Origin: Mytilus trossulus
Lineage: Eukaryota
Reading direction: 5' to 3'
NCBI RefSeq assembly: GCF_036588685.1
Contig: NC_086375.1
Location: 79,360,001 to 79,424,000, forward strand
Length of the DNA stretch: 64,000 nucleotides
Numbering within the stretch: the stretch's first letter is position 1; each line of letters begins with the position of its first letter. The notes beneath the pieces are model-generated. The model saw only the letters and a program-made list of their open reading frames with translations, was not told the origin of the DNA and searched no databases. Below are positions 26,723 to 39,100 of the stretch, piece after piece. Made by a program: the position numbers and the translations under genes.

Positions 26723-28680
26723 ATTGTGGTTTGTCATTATGTCGTCTTATCTTTTAATTACCAAACGTGACTTATTCCCGATTGTGACTGTTTTGCTGTA
26801 AGTGAATTCGTATTACTATAAGACGTGTTTCTGTACTTGTTTATCCCAAATTCATGTATTTAGTTTATATGTTTAATGTTATATTTGTAATTCTCATCTT
26901 CTCATTTTGTCAAATGTGTTGACGTCTTTTTATTATATTTAGGTGTTACGGATAGAAAAATTAATCACCGCCTTTATTAATTATATTTAATTTTGTACGA
27001 TTAATTACGTTTGAAGTTGGATTCATAACAAACTGGACATATATATATTACAGACAGTTAATTGCTATTAATAAGTATTGCAATATGCATTTTGTTTTAA
27101 TGAATTATCAGTATTTAGTTTTAATATAATCTTAAAGCAATCCTAATTCTAGCTCACTTTTAAATTATAGTTTTTCATAGTTATCAAAAGTACCAGGATT
27201 CATGTGTGACGTCATGCTGTCTCTAAATTTTATAAATTCAAATGTAGCATAACGTTTGCCTTTTCGCCATCGTATGTGACGTCATTTTTTTAATTGCGTT
27301 AACGCCTGGACTGATTCTGGTGTGTCTATGCTGTATTGAACTTGGCATCATGTATTCGGGTTTAGTTTTCTGTAATAAGTTAATACTTTAGTTTCATTAT
27401 GAATATATCTTTCAAATTCATTTGTTAAAATTTACTGTTTGCAATAGCATGAATCGTTCTATATAATAGTGTTCTTATCCCGGGCATAATACAATGCCGT
27501 ATTTAGCAAAACCTTTTCAACTTTTGATCTTCAGTGCTGTACAACTTTGTACTTTTTTCACTTTCGATCTTGTATATCTGGGCGTTATGTATTCGGGTTT
27601 AGTTTTCTGTAATTAGTTTTTACTTCAGTTTCATTATGTATATCTCTCTCATATTCATTTGTTAAAATTTACTGTTTGCAATAGTGTGAATTGTTTTATA
27701 TAATATGAATGTTCTTATCCTGGGCATACAAACAATGCCGTATTTGGCAAAACCTTTTCAACTTTTGATCTTCAGTGCTGTACAATTTTGTATTTTTTTC
27801 GTCACTGGTGAGTCTCGTGTGGACTAGACGCGTTTTTGGCGTATTGAATTTTAAACCTGATGCTTTTTGGTATCTATTAATCATGCTTTTCTTTGTCTAA
27901 TATGTTCTGTTTTTTATTTGTATTGTAGTCCTGTAATATTTTGTTTTCATTTCAATGTTATATTTAACTGTGCCATTAAAGTGCGAGGTTTGGACTGCCT
28001 TAAAACCAGGTTCAACCCACCACTTTTATTCCCCTTTAAAAGTGTCCTGTACCAAGTCAGGAAGATGGCCATTGTTATAATATTGTTCGTTTCTGTGTGT
28101 GTGTTGCATTTTAACGTTGAGTCGTTTCTGTTTTCTCTTATTTTTGAGATAAGACGTGGCACGGTACTTGTCTATCCCATATTCATGTATTTGGTTTTGA
28201 TGTTATATTTGTTATTCTCGTGGTGTATTGTCTGTTGCTTGGTCCGTTTCTGTGTGCTGTTGCGTTTCGGTGTTGTGTCGTTGTTCTCCTCTTATATTTA
28301 ATACGTTTCCCTCGGTTTTGGTTTGTTGCCCCGATTTTGTTTTTTGTCCATGGATTTATGAGTTTTGAACAGCGGTATACTACTGTTGCCTTTTTTTGTC
28401 AAAAATGAAAGTAGCCGCATTCGTGTTCATCCTCAACCTTTATATATGTTTTGTATTATCATCAAATACAACTAACCTTTCAATATTATGAATGAACACG
28501 AATGCGGCCACTTTCATTTTAGACGGAAACCGTCTAAAAAATACCCAAAATGCTAAAATTCTGAAGATTTCAGTTATTTAGCATGACTTGATGATGCTAG
28601 AACGCGGCACGTGTGCATTGTTATGTCAAAAACAGCTCATATCTATGTTACAGAAGAATTTTACTTTCCAAAATAGAGCT

Positions 28681-28960
28681 TTTCCTAAGTCAGGAATCTG
28701 ATGTACAGTAGTTGTCGTTTGTTTATGTAATATATACGTGTTTCTCGTTTCTCGTTTTGTTTATATAGATTAGACCGTTGGTTTTCCCGTTTGAATGGTT
28801 TTACACTAGTAATTTTGGGGCCCTTTATAGCTTGTTGTTCGGTGTGAGCCAAGGCTCCGTGTTGAAGGCCGTACTTTAACCTATAATGGTTGACTTTTTA
28901 AATTGTTATTTGGATGGAGAGTTGTCTCATTGGCACTCACACCACATCTTCCTATATCTA
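28681..28960 (+). mobile_element. Interspersed repeat family B (ends ...GTTGTCTCATTGGCA.TCA.ACCACATCTTC)
   Basis: Other copies at about 3403-3440, 8670-8960, 18453-18560, 29225-29400, 37876-38038, 44660-44803, 49835-50008, 53603-53821, 55215-55308 and 57537-58060, sharing one fixed end and a variable other end. Class uncertain. Confidence 0.75.
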
Positions 28961-31900
28961 CTTAAAGATTACATTTTCACAATTTTCTAAAACTGCTATA
29001 TTTTGGGGTCAAAAAAGGGTCTTAATGAACCTACTCCTTCCCTATATTTTGATTCAATCATCAATGAATACTCTACACCTTTTGTTTATTTGCCTTCTAA
29101 GCAGCGGTACTTTTATTTGCGGAAACTTAAAAAAAACCTTGCAAATTGTGCATTGTTTAAATAGTTGTTTTGTTTAGGTGGTACGGTAGTATGTCCTGGC
29201 CCATAAGGGATAAAGATAGTCTTTTTTCCCGTTTTAATGGTTTTACACTAGTAATTTTGGGGCCTTTACAGCTTGTTGCTCGGTGTGAGCCAAAGCTTCG
29301 TGTTGAAAGCCGTACATTGACCTATAATGGTTTACTTTTAAAAATTGTTATTTGAATGGAGAGTTGTCTCATTGGCACTCACACCACATCTTCTTATAAC
29401 TATTTTTGGATTTTTCACCACTTTCTTAATCTGCCCAAAATTTGACTTACACAGTTATTTAAAACATTATATTATTCAGAAATGAATATGAATATATATC
29501 ATGACTGTTTATTTTTTACTATCTTTAAAATCCTAAGGCCACTATTGATTTTGTGTCTTTTATCATGCTGTGAATACAAAATTTGAAGAAAAAAAATGTA
29601 AAATTATTTCATATTTATCTACACCTGATTCATCCATCAGTTTGGAAAAGTATGTCCAGTTGATACTGTATGTTTTGTTCAATCATACTGTTTAGATACA
29701 ATAACTTCAGGTTGGGTACACAAAAGAGTAACCTTATTCCAGAACGCAAGTACCACCTTAAGAAAACTGATTTCTATGAACTCTGATGTTTTAGTTAGAA
29801 AACTTCCTAGATTTATGTGAAGATTGCACTCAGGGTTTTAAAACAAATACTCGACAAAGATACAAACTAAGGATTATGTAAGCCAGACGCACGTTTCGTC
29901 TACAGTAAACATATCAGTTATTAGAACGCTCGAATCAAAATGTTAAAAGGGACAAAATCTATACGAAATTGAAACCAAAGATGATTCAAAATTTCGAAAT
30001 GTTTCGCCAAAATAGAGCTACTGTCATCTTTTCTTTGAGTAAAACATCCGTGGTGTTAACAGTCAGTGATGTGATTAAAAACGTATTATATTTTCATGTC
30101 TTTAATTAAAACAATTATGTAACTGACAAATAAACGATGCAATTGGTACAACGAAGATGCATAACAATTACAAAAAAAGTGTATTATGTAACGTTTATAT
30201 GACAGTCTTTTTTTTCAAAGTCTTAAAGACAAGTTAAAAACAAGTCATTTATCTTCGAAATAGGCTATTTGCTAATTTTAACTGAATATATGCTAATTTT
30301 AAAATTATATATCATTTTAACACATCAAGTGCAAAGTCGGTACAACAATATCGTGGTCTCAGTGTTATTTATGACCATCTGAACTATGTTATCTAATTTG
30401 GGGTTCAAGGAGACAACGTGACACTCTTAAGTTTAAAGCATGAATTACTCTCCTGACAAAATCAAAAAGCATATAAATTCTGGCTAAATTAGTGTGCAAA
30501 TGTCAGTAGTTAGCCCTTTTGTACTTTTGTGTTGACATGAATTATCATTGATAAGATAACTATAAATTAACTGTTAGCAAAATATTGAATTTTTAAAAAC
30601 ACTAAGGAAAGTCTACCAAGGAATATATTACTTAAGTTGTATTTGGCAAAACCTTTCGGAATTTGGGTCCTAATAGGAGCTCTTCATATTTCGTTATGTT
30701 AATGGCCTTGAAACTTTTTAATTGGAGAGATACTGATGAGTCGTTTGAAGACAAAAATTCGCATCTGACGTACAAAATTTTAATCCTGGCATCTATGATG
30801 AGTTTGTCCTGAAATTTCAAGACTTGGTCTTGAAGTTTCTAAAGCGTATTTGTGTTTAAACGAATAAAAAAATCCAGTGACAGTCCTGATTTTATCCGAT
30901 CAAACTCAAATATGAGAAAAAAAAATTGTTAAACACTTCGATGAAAGATTTTTGAAAAGCTATTTTTTAATTCAACTAGAGGTTTCAGGGAAAATGGAAA
31001 ATTTTACCCGAAATAAGATGACGCAGACAAGAATCAAAGACATGCGTGCACCTTGTCGTTGATATATTCTGATTTTTTTTTAGTGTTCTTACAACTTAAC
31101 AAAATATTGTTTATTCATCGTACGTGCTAATCGAAGGGAAAAGAAGTTTCGTAGTTTTAAACTGTTGTTTAATCCACCACTTTCTACATTTGAAAATGCC
31201 TGCACCAAGTCAGGAATATGACAGTTGTTGTCCATTCGTTTTTTATGTGTTTTGCCATTTGATGTTGCCTTGATTATGGACTTTCCGATTTGATTTTCCC
31301 CTGAGTTCAGTATTTTTGTGATTTTACATTTTGTTTGATTCCATGTGCGTCTTGCTGAACATGTGCATTGCTTGTGCAGTGTTTCGATAGTCCCTTTGGT
31401 TCTACCCCAGCTTTTACACTTCCCTGTCCAAACTCTTTTTGATGGATGTATATGTTTGAAAATGCTTTTGCAAGTTGACTCGTATTCCTGGAAGCAATCA
31501 AGTGTTTTGGTACTGACCTGAATTTGATTGCATACATATGATTAAAAGTCTTGCTTTTTTCAATCTGTTTTTTTTCCTTCTACACGACTATCACAAGGAA
31601 AGTTAAATGGTTTTTTTTTATCGATTAACAAAAGACCGTTTGATTTAATAGCCCAGTATGTATTTATAAGTTATCACAGTTTTGTGCTAATGTAGGATTA
31701 TGATATTAGCGTATGTGGAAGTTTCTTTCTTTATACGTCTTTAATTTTTGATTGAACCATTCTTATAAATGTAAATGATCTTTATCAGGTTTACTAAAAT
31801 AAAATGATATAAATGGATTGTTAATCTCATAATAGTTCGTGGTCAATTTTGTAATTTATGCAAAGTTCCTAATGTATGCTTGGCTTTTCTATTAATATAT

Positions 31901-33193
31901 CTAACGGTGAATTTTGGGATACATGACCTTTTACAATTTTTGCCTTAAAACATTTGATAAAAATGTTTGTTATTCTTATAGAGATGACTGCACTTTTTAT
32001 TGCTATGTTAGGAATATGGATTAGTCCCCTTTGAACTTTTCGATGTTTATATTTGAATATGAAACTGTTTTTGGAGTTTGCTCTCAGCGTTCAGATAATC
32101 CAAATCGGAAAATAATATATATATAATTCCGTATGTTCAACTATGATGCCTCATCTTCTATGCAATACCATGAATTTCTGCACTGGACACGATTTATTCA
32201 AGCAATTATAGTCAATTGTCTCATTTAAGGTTTGAACTCTTACAAAACATAAAAAAGAGAAATAAAAACTAATGCATCTTCGATTCTCTTTGTCAAATAA
32301 TTTAGAAAAAAAGTATTGTTTCAAATAATATTCATGCCATAGAACATTTTCATGATATCAAACTCAAGACACTTGTATAGTTTTTAAGGCCATGATATTA
32401 TTTTTTTATTGTTCTTCTTTAAACTGTTAACATATTTTATTTTTCTTTCTTTTGTGAATATATTTTTACTCAATATTCATTTTTGATAAAAAAAAAAAAA
32501 AACAATAAGCGTGATGTTATAAATAATATGGTTAATTAACCAACTGTAAGTTGAAATGTACGAAACTGAAAATAGTTTAACAATTGTACACGCAAATTTA
32601 TTTTTGAAACTTGGGTCTCTTATGTCGTTTTTTTAGCTGTATTTGTTAATATTTTTGTTCGATAAATTCGAACTTTATTAGGCCATTTAAACTTTCTTGA
32701 TTCCAGCGTTACTTATCCTGCTGATCGTGAGTCATTTGTATCGAAACACGTCTGCCTTTCACAATTTGAAGCCTGATATCTATGATGTGTGTCTCTTTGG
32801 TAAATATGCTACCACCCTCTTTTTTTTATACAAAGGCCAATATTTTTCAACATTTAACAGTTGCTTCGAAAATAAAATTTATTATGTAAATAGTTCAAAA
32901 TAAATAGACATTTAACTAATCAGTAAAATAAAAAGATATAAAAAATATAGAATGAAAAGAAATAATGAAAAATCATAGCACCTTACAGTGCACGTCAATA
33001 TGTTATACGTCATGGTAAGTGGTGTTAACGTACATTCATCAACAATGTCTTATAATATCCGTTTCCCAATAACTCCATTGTTTTACATAAAAAGAAGCAC
33101 ATACAGTATTCTATTTAAAACAACAGACTATTCTAATCATTGTTCAAAGCCGTCATTACACAATCGAGCATGACAGTTCCATTTTCTTTTCTT

Positions 33194-36100
33194 TCAATAT
33201 TTTCTCTACAAAATGAAGAAATATATAGTTATACATGTCAAATTATTCATTACTGAGGGTTTTTTTTAAATACTTTCATTGTATGCTCCAGGTTGAAATT
33301 TCTACATAAAAGTTTATGACATCTATGACACTTATAGTTTTCCATCAAACTTATAAAAAACTGTAGTTTCGACGCTAATATAATCACGGTATCTACTAGT
33401 GAAAATACTTAGTTTGTTTCTTGACTTCATTTATTAGAAAAGGCCGTCTAAGTCTGTATTTACTTCATAATCTGGGTCAGTTGAAAAGGTTTGATTAACT
33501 TTTGACACTGAATGTATTTTTTGCTATTGTGATTACCTTATCTTTTTTAAAACACATATCTTCCCTGTGTTGACCTATAGATGGATTTAAGGGATGTAGT
33601 AAAAAAAATAAAAATTGGAATTATGTCATGAAACTCCTTTTCGAGATATTTGGTTATAAACCATGGCTGCAAAAGAAAGACACTGACTTTTATTATCCTA
33701 TTGCCACATAAACAGAAGATTTGGCTAGTCATAAAACCAGGTTTAACCCACCATATTTTCTTAAATTGTCATGTACGAAGTAAGCATGTGGTATTTCACA
33801 ATATTTAGGCTTTACTGTACTTACCTTTCCATATGGTGTTGATACTTGGTTTCGGTTTACAGGTGTTCTCAATCTAAAGATAATATCATAAAAAGTTTAA
33901 CATTTTTTGTTTGCAAATTAACCATGCTAGTAGAAGCAGCTGTTTTTCGTCCTTTTTGGACGTGTTTTGAATTTCACCATTATAAGCAGAGCCGATCAGA
34001 ATAAATGATGAGTGCATTTTGCATACGTTGGTCCCATACCGATTTCATTACATGTAGTTTAAGTTATCACAAGCCTAGTAGTCAGCACTTTTCGTGCTGA
34101 CATGAATTGTCATTGATATGGTTATATTTATAAATTTACTGTTTAAATTTTTTGAATTTTTTGAAGTACTTAGGCTTTTCTACCTCAGGCATAGATTACT
34201 TTAGCTGTATTGTGCAACTTTTTTTAGGAATTTTGGTTCTCAATGCTCTTCAACTTCGTACTTTATTTGGATTCGAGCGTCACTGATGAGTCTTTTGTAG
34301 ACGAAATGCGCGTCTGGCGTATATACTAAATTTAGTCCTGGTGTCTTTAATTAATACATTTTGAAAATCAGAATCTACGATGGTTAAGATGATACCTGGC
34401 ATTAAGATAGCAATAAATGAAACCAAAAAGGTATGAAATAAGTCTTTGATGTTTAAAAAGACCCTTACGTCCTTTATCAAGTAGTTAATCATCCCAATTA
34501 TTCATAAGCATCGTAGGAAATTTTGAAAATAAACATGACATTCCGAAAAACAGACATTTGAAACCCTACATCTCAATGTTACATACTACTGTATGCAATC
34601 GTGTGACCCACATTTCGTAGCTCGTATTCCTATTTTGCTGCTTTTATGTACTGTAGTAATTCAATTTTAGGTGTTCGTTGTTATTGTTGTTAACATGTCG
34701 AAACGAACTATTATATTATGTATTTATGTATTTCTCTGTCCTGAGTTTTGTACTGTATTCCTGTCATTTAATATTGACATTTACCGGTACTTTTTACATT
34801 GAAATCAAGCGAGAGGTTGGGCTAGCCGTGAAACCAGATTTGATTCAGCATTTTTTTCTCTTAAAAAGTCCTGTACCAAGTCGGGGAGTTGACAGTTGTT
34901 ATCGTTCATTTGTTCGATTAATAACTTTTGAACTGGGTATACTACTGTTGTCTTTAATTTACATTCACTAAGTATGTGTTTATACATACCTCTTTTCCTC
35001 CTCTGATAGTAGTATCTTCATGGCTTCGATTTCTGCTTTAAGTGGAATGTATGATTCCTTGGATACATTCAATTCTTGCAGTTTTGCAAACACAGCATTT
35101 TGCATGTCTTGCAATCTTTTCTCCATTTCACGAAGCTGGGCAGCTGCCATCAACCTTTCTTGTGCAATAAGATCTCCCAACGATTGTTTTTCTTGTGATA
35201 AAGAGCTTACCTACAATAATTCATGTAATGGAGTAGATAATCTTCACGGAATTTTCTTTTCTTAATGGTAAAATGATCATATATTTTTGTTTTCCTTTAT
35301 AAAGAAATAATCTTAAGTAAACAGTGAAAAAAAACTTTACATTGGACAACCCGAATGTTTTTTGTATGGTTGTTTAAATCTTGAATCCTAAAATGTTTGT
35401 AAAAAATTTAACGGAATAGTGCGGTTTAATTGCATTATAAGAACAGAAGTATTACTAACGGCAAACTTGAGTTACTGGAGGCAATATGGTGACCTATAAT
35501 TCATCTTCGTCATGAACTCTAGTTGAGAGTTGTCTCATTGATCACTCCAGTTTAATTTCACAATTTCTAAAATTGTTCAAGTGTCTAATGGGATACCAGC
35601 AAGATTGGTTGAAAATTGAAGCGTGCAAATCAGAACTTTTCCCGCATAACTGATAGTCATATCAAATATGCAACTAAATCTTAATATTGCAAGATAGAAA
35701 TTTTCATTAACCGTTTAAAGGAATTACATTCACAATGATTTCAACATCATATATAAGAAAATATTTACTTGTGCTTCAAGATTGGCAATTTTGGCTTTTA
35801 AGTCACCGAAACTTCCGAAAATTCCAGCCTTTTCTTTTTCTAGTCTTGCTAAAGCAGCGGAATCACTCTCCATTTTTACTCTCAAAGTAGAGATCTGTAA
35901 AGATAAAATGATAATATATGAAATCAATTTAAACATTTGGATAAGCGTTGGTAAAAAAGAACCAGTATCGGATATAATGAAAAATTATATCGAAATGCAC
36001 TTTGAATAAAGAACTATCCAATTTATAAATTTTAAATAAACATTTGTAAATACTATTTAATGGCAATTTCTTTAATGTGTTACATTGAAAAGTCTTATAA

Positions 36101-39100
36101 TATGTATATTACGCTGTCATTATGTTTCCTCTCAGTCTCAGCCTGGTGCTTCCTCATATCTTCCTCTGCTGCTAGTCTAACTTGTCTCAGTAACTGTGGT
36201 ATATCTGTGTCAGATTTGTTCTGCTCTCGGATTTTAGACTCAAGACTCACTATAGTAGTGGTTGATGTGTCTAAGCGTTGTTTTAGATCACTCAACTGCT
36301 GTCTTAGAATGTTGTTGTCAAATTCGGCTTTCTTGGCATAGGCAGCAAATTTTTCCTCCACATCTTTTCTAATTTGCTGCTCTTTTTCCCATCTTTAACG
36401 TTTAAATAAGATAGAAAAAAATTTAATGTGATCGTAAGAAAATAGAGCTATTGATTTCAATTTCATAGGACACAACTGAACAGACTGTCTAATGTTGTTT
36501 AATTTAAGTTCTTGTTTGCAATATTCTTTTTATGTTCTGATTTTATTTCAAACAAATATGAGATGTCTTCTTAATCAAAGACTTAACATTCTTTCATTTT
36601 TTTCTCAACTCTATTTTTTTTAACCTATCTTACACAAAAAGACAAGTGTTATTTTGTTAAAGTTTAATCTGTAAACTAATGAATCCAGTAAAACCCATGA
36701 AACATGGCGTATTTTTTTAGTTTAGCTATTTCAGTGCACGCATATGTACCCGGCACTCAAATAGAATGGAGTAATTGTTTACCTTCCTTTGAAGTCTTCT
36801 CTTTCTCTGGAGAAATCTGCTACTTGTTTTCTTAGCGATGGACTCTCGTCGACAGGTTTAGGTGCTGACTTTATTTTCGTTAGTTCTTGCTCAAGACAAC
36901 TTATCTTCACCTGATAATTGTTGATGTTATTGACTAGTTCATTGTTCTTGCTTATTTCTTGTGTCAGCCTATATATGGAAAACATATAATAAATTACATT
37001 AAGTGTAACACAAAGTACACCGGATATGAATAGATGTCTGTCAAAACATTTCTTAAATTGATTTAACTGTGACATCTTTTACTTGTATAACTGAATCTTA
37101 CAGTATCATGTCGCAGCTTGAATTTCAAAGCAATCTCAAATTTGATTTTCTTAGGAGGTAGGTGATTAATGGTTTAAGTTCAATGAAGATTTGATAAATG
37201 TTTTACTCTATTCATCCCATACGGTAACTGACAATTTTATTTTATTGTTCCTTAGATTCGAACAAAAGTGAAACGAGGATGTTCTATTTCTGAGAACTTT
37301 CCAACTCTTCTGACTATCAAAAAATCAAAACCTTTCCTATATTATAGCAAGATCAAAGTTCTGTTGTTACTATTTCGTATTATAAAACATTACCTGTTTT
37401 CTAAATCTTTTATAGCTTGTAAATAGCTTCCATTTTGTTGTTGATATTTGTTCTTTTCAGAAACAGTGTCTTGAAGCTGTCGTCTACAAAAAAAATCAAA
37501 ACTGATAAGTTGTTGTTATAATTCAACTATACTAACTGAATTATTCTAATTTTAAAAACAAATAAGGTATTAACATGAAATTCCGATTGTATAGGTATGT
37601 GTCAATAATGTATTATTATGTATGAGTGCCAATGAGACAACTTTACTTCAAGAAAGAGAATACCGGACTAACCAGCGTCAAATTTTAAGCAGGTTATAGA
37701 ACATAATATGTGTAATATTATTTTGTAAATTAGACAGGAGTAACCTGCGGAGATAAACCTTTTTTGTGTGTATGCGTGAAACTTTATGTACGTCTAATTC
37801 GTAATCTTGTACTTTCTATTTGAATATAAATTTTGTTTCGTAATTTGTAAAAGAATATGTAAAATACTTTCAATATAAAAAAGAAGATGTGGTATGATTG
37901 CCAATGAGACAACTATCCACAAAAGACCAAAATGACACAGACATTAACAACTATAGGTCACCGTACGGTCTTCAACAATGAGCAAAGACCATACCGCATA
38001 GTCAGCTATAAAAGGCCCCGAAAAGACAATGTAAAACAAGTATATTTTACCGTATATTGTTGAGCTCAGATTCATACATTGCTTTCAGTTTTCCCAATTC
38101 ATCTTCCAGTATTTTAATAGACTGGACGAAAGCAGCAGAATCTGTTTGTCCATTTTTTTCTCCAAGCTGTCTTACTCTAGTGATATATTCAGATAATCTA
38201 TTATTCAGTCTCAGTAATTCATCCTTATCTGACAATCGACCGAATGAAGATAGTGGTCTGTAGTTGGTTGTTGGTGTTCCTGGACTGTACTGTAAACCTT
38301 GTAGTCCCTGAGTTGCTGACCGTTCGAATCCATGAGATGCTGGCCTTTCCAGTCCAAGCGTTGCTGACCGTTCCAATGATTTCGATATGTCACTGACGCT
38401 TATTTTGCTCTGCTTATGACCTGGGTTTAAGCTTTTTGACATAGAATTGCTTTTGCCCAAAGATTTTCCTGGGTAGCCATAGTAGGTTCTGTATGTCGTG
38501 TTGAAAGAACTTAGAAAAGATAAAGTAGAATTACAACAGCCGAATACACAATACTTCTATCACAAATAATTTTCTTTTACTTGGTAAATGGAAATTTCAA
38601 AATAAAAAAATCTATTTTACTCATTATACAACAACCTACTTGTCTTCAGTGTTGTAGAACTAATCGATGTTGAAAAAAACCCTGGCCATAAAAAAAATCA
38701 AATGAATGAATTTAGAAACAATAACTATATCGAACTATATTGAAAAACAATTTTCTCTTTCAACGCATAGAAAAATTCATTTAATTTATTTTGTGAAATT
38801 GGTGATAGGTTTGCGAGTCATATATTGATAGGATTTCTATGGTTGCACTTTTTATCATGAATGTTTTAACTATCATATGTACTTAAACTTGACAGATTTT
38901 TTTATTATAAAAGGTTGAGTTTACCATGAGCTCATTTCGAAGAAGAAATCAGACACTCTAAGGACTCCGGGTATAATTAACAACTTCGAATTGAGTTGTG
39001 GTATAAGACCAATAGTGTTGTAGTCTCGCGGATTGTACTTGGTCACTCATATATTGTTTAAAAGGTTAAATTAAATATTTGCTGAGAAAAAAATACAATT

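Larger units (their letters stand above)
26308..29039. mobile_element. Nested transposon cluster: TIR MITE (family D) split by a PLE-derived insertion (26515-28392) and a family B insertion (28681-28960)
   Basis: Segments 26308-26514, 28393-28680 and 28961-29039 join into a sequence colinear with the intact element at 42961-43536 (TIRs AAGGAGTA.GTTC / GAAC.TACTCCTT). Confidence 0.8.

Noticed and set aside
38925-38935. Alternative first coding exon ATGAGCTCATG|GTAAAC for IF paralog 1
   Set aside because: Phase-compatible, but the donor and start context are weaker than 41080-41055. Not excluded without cDNA.
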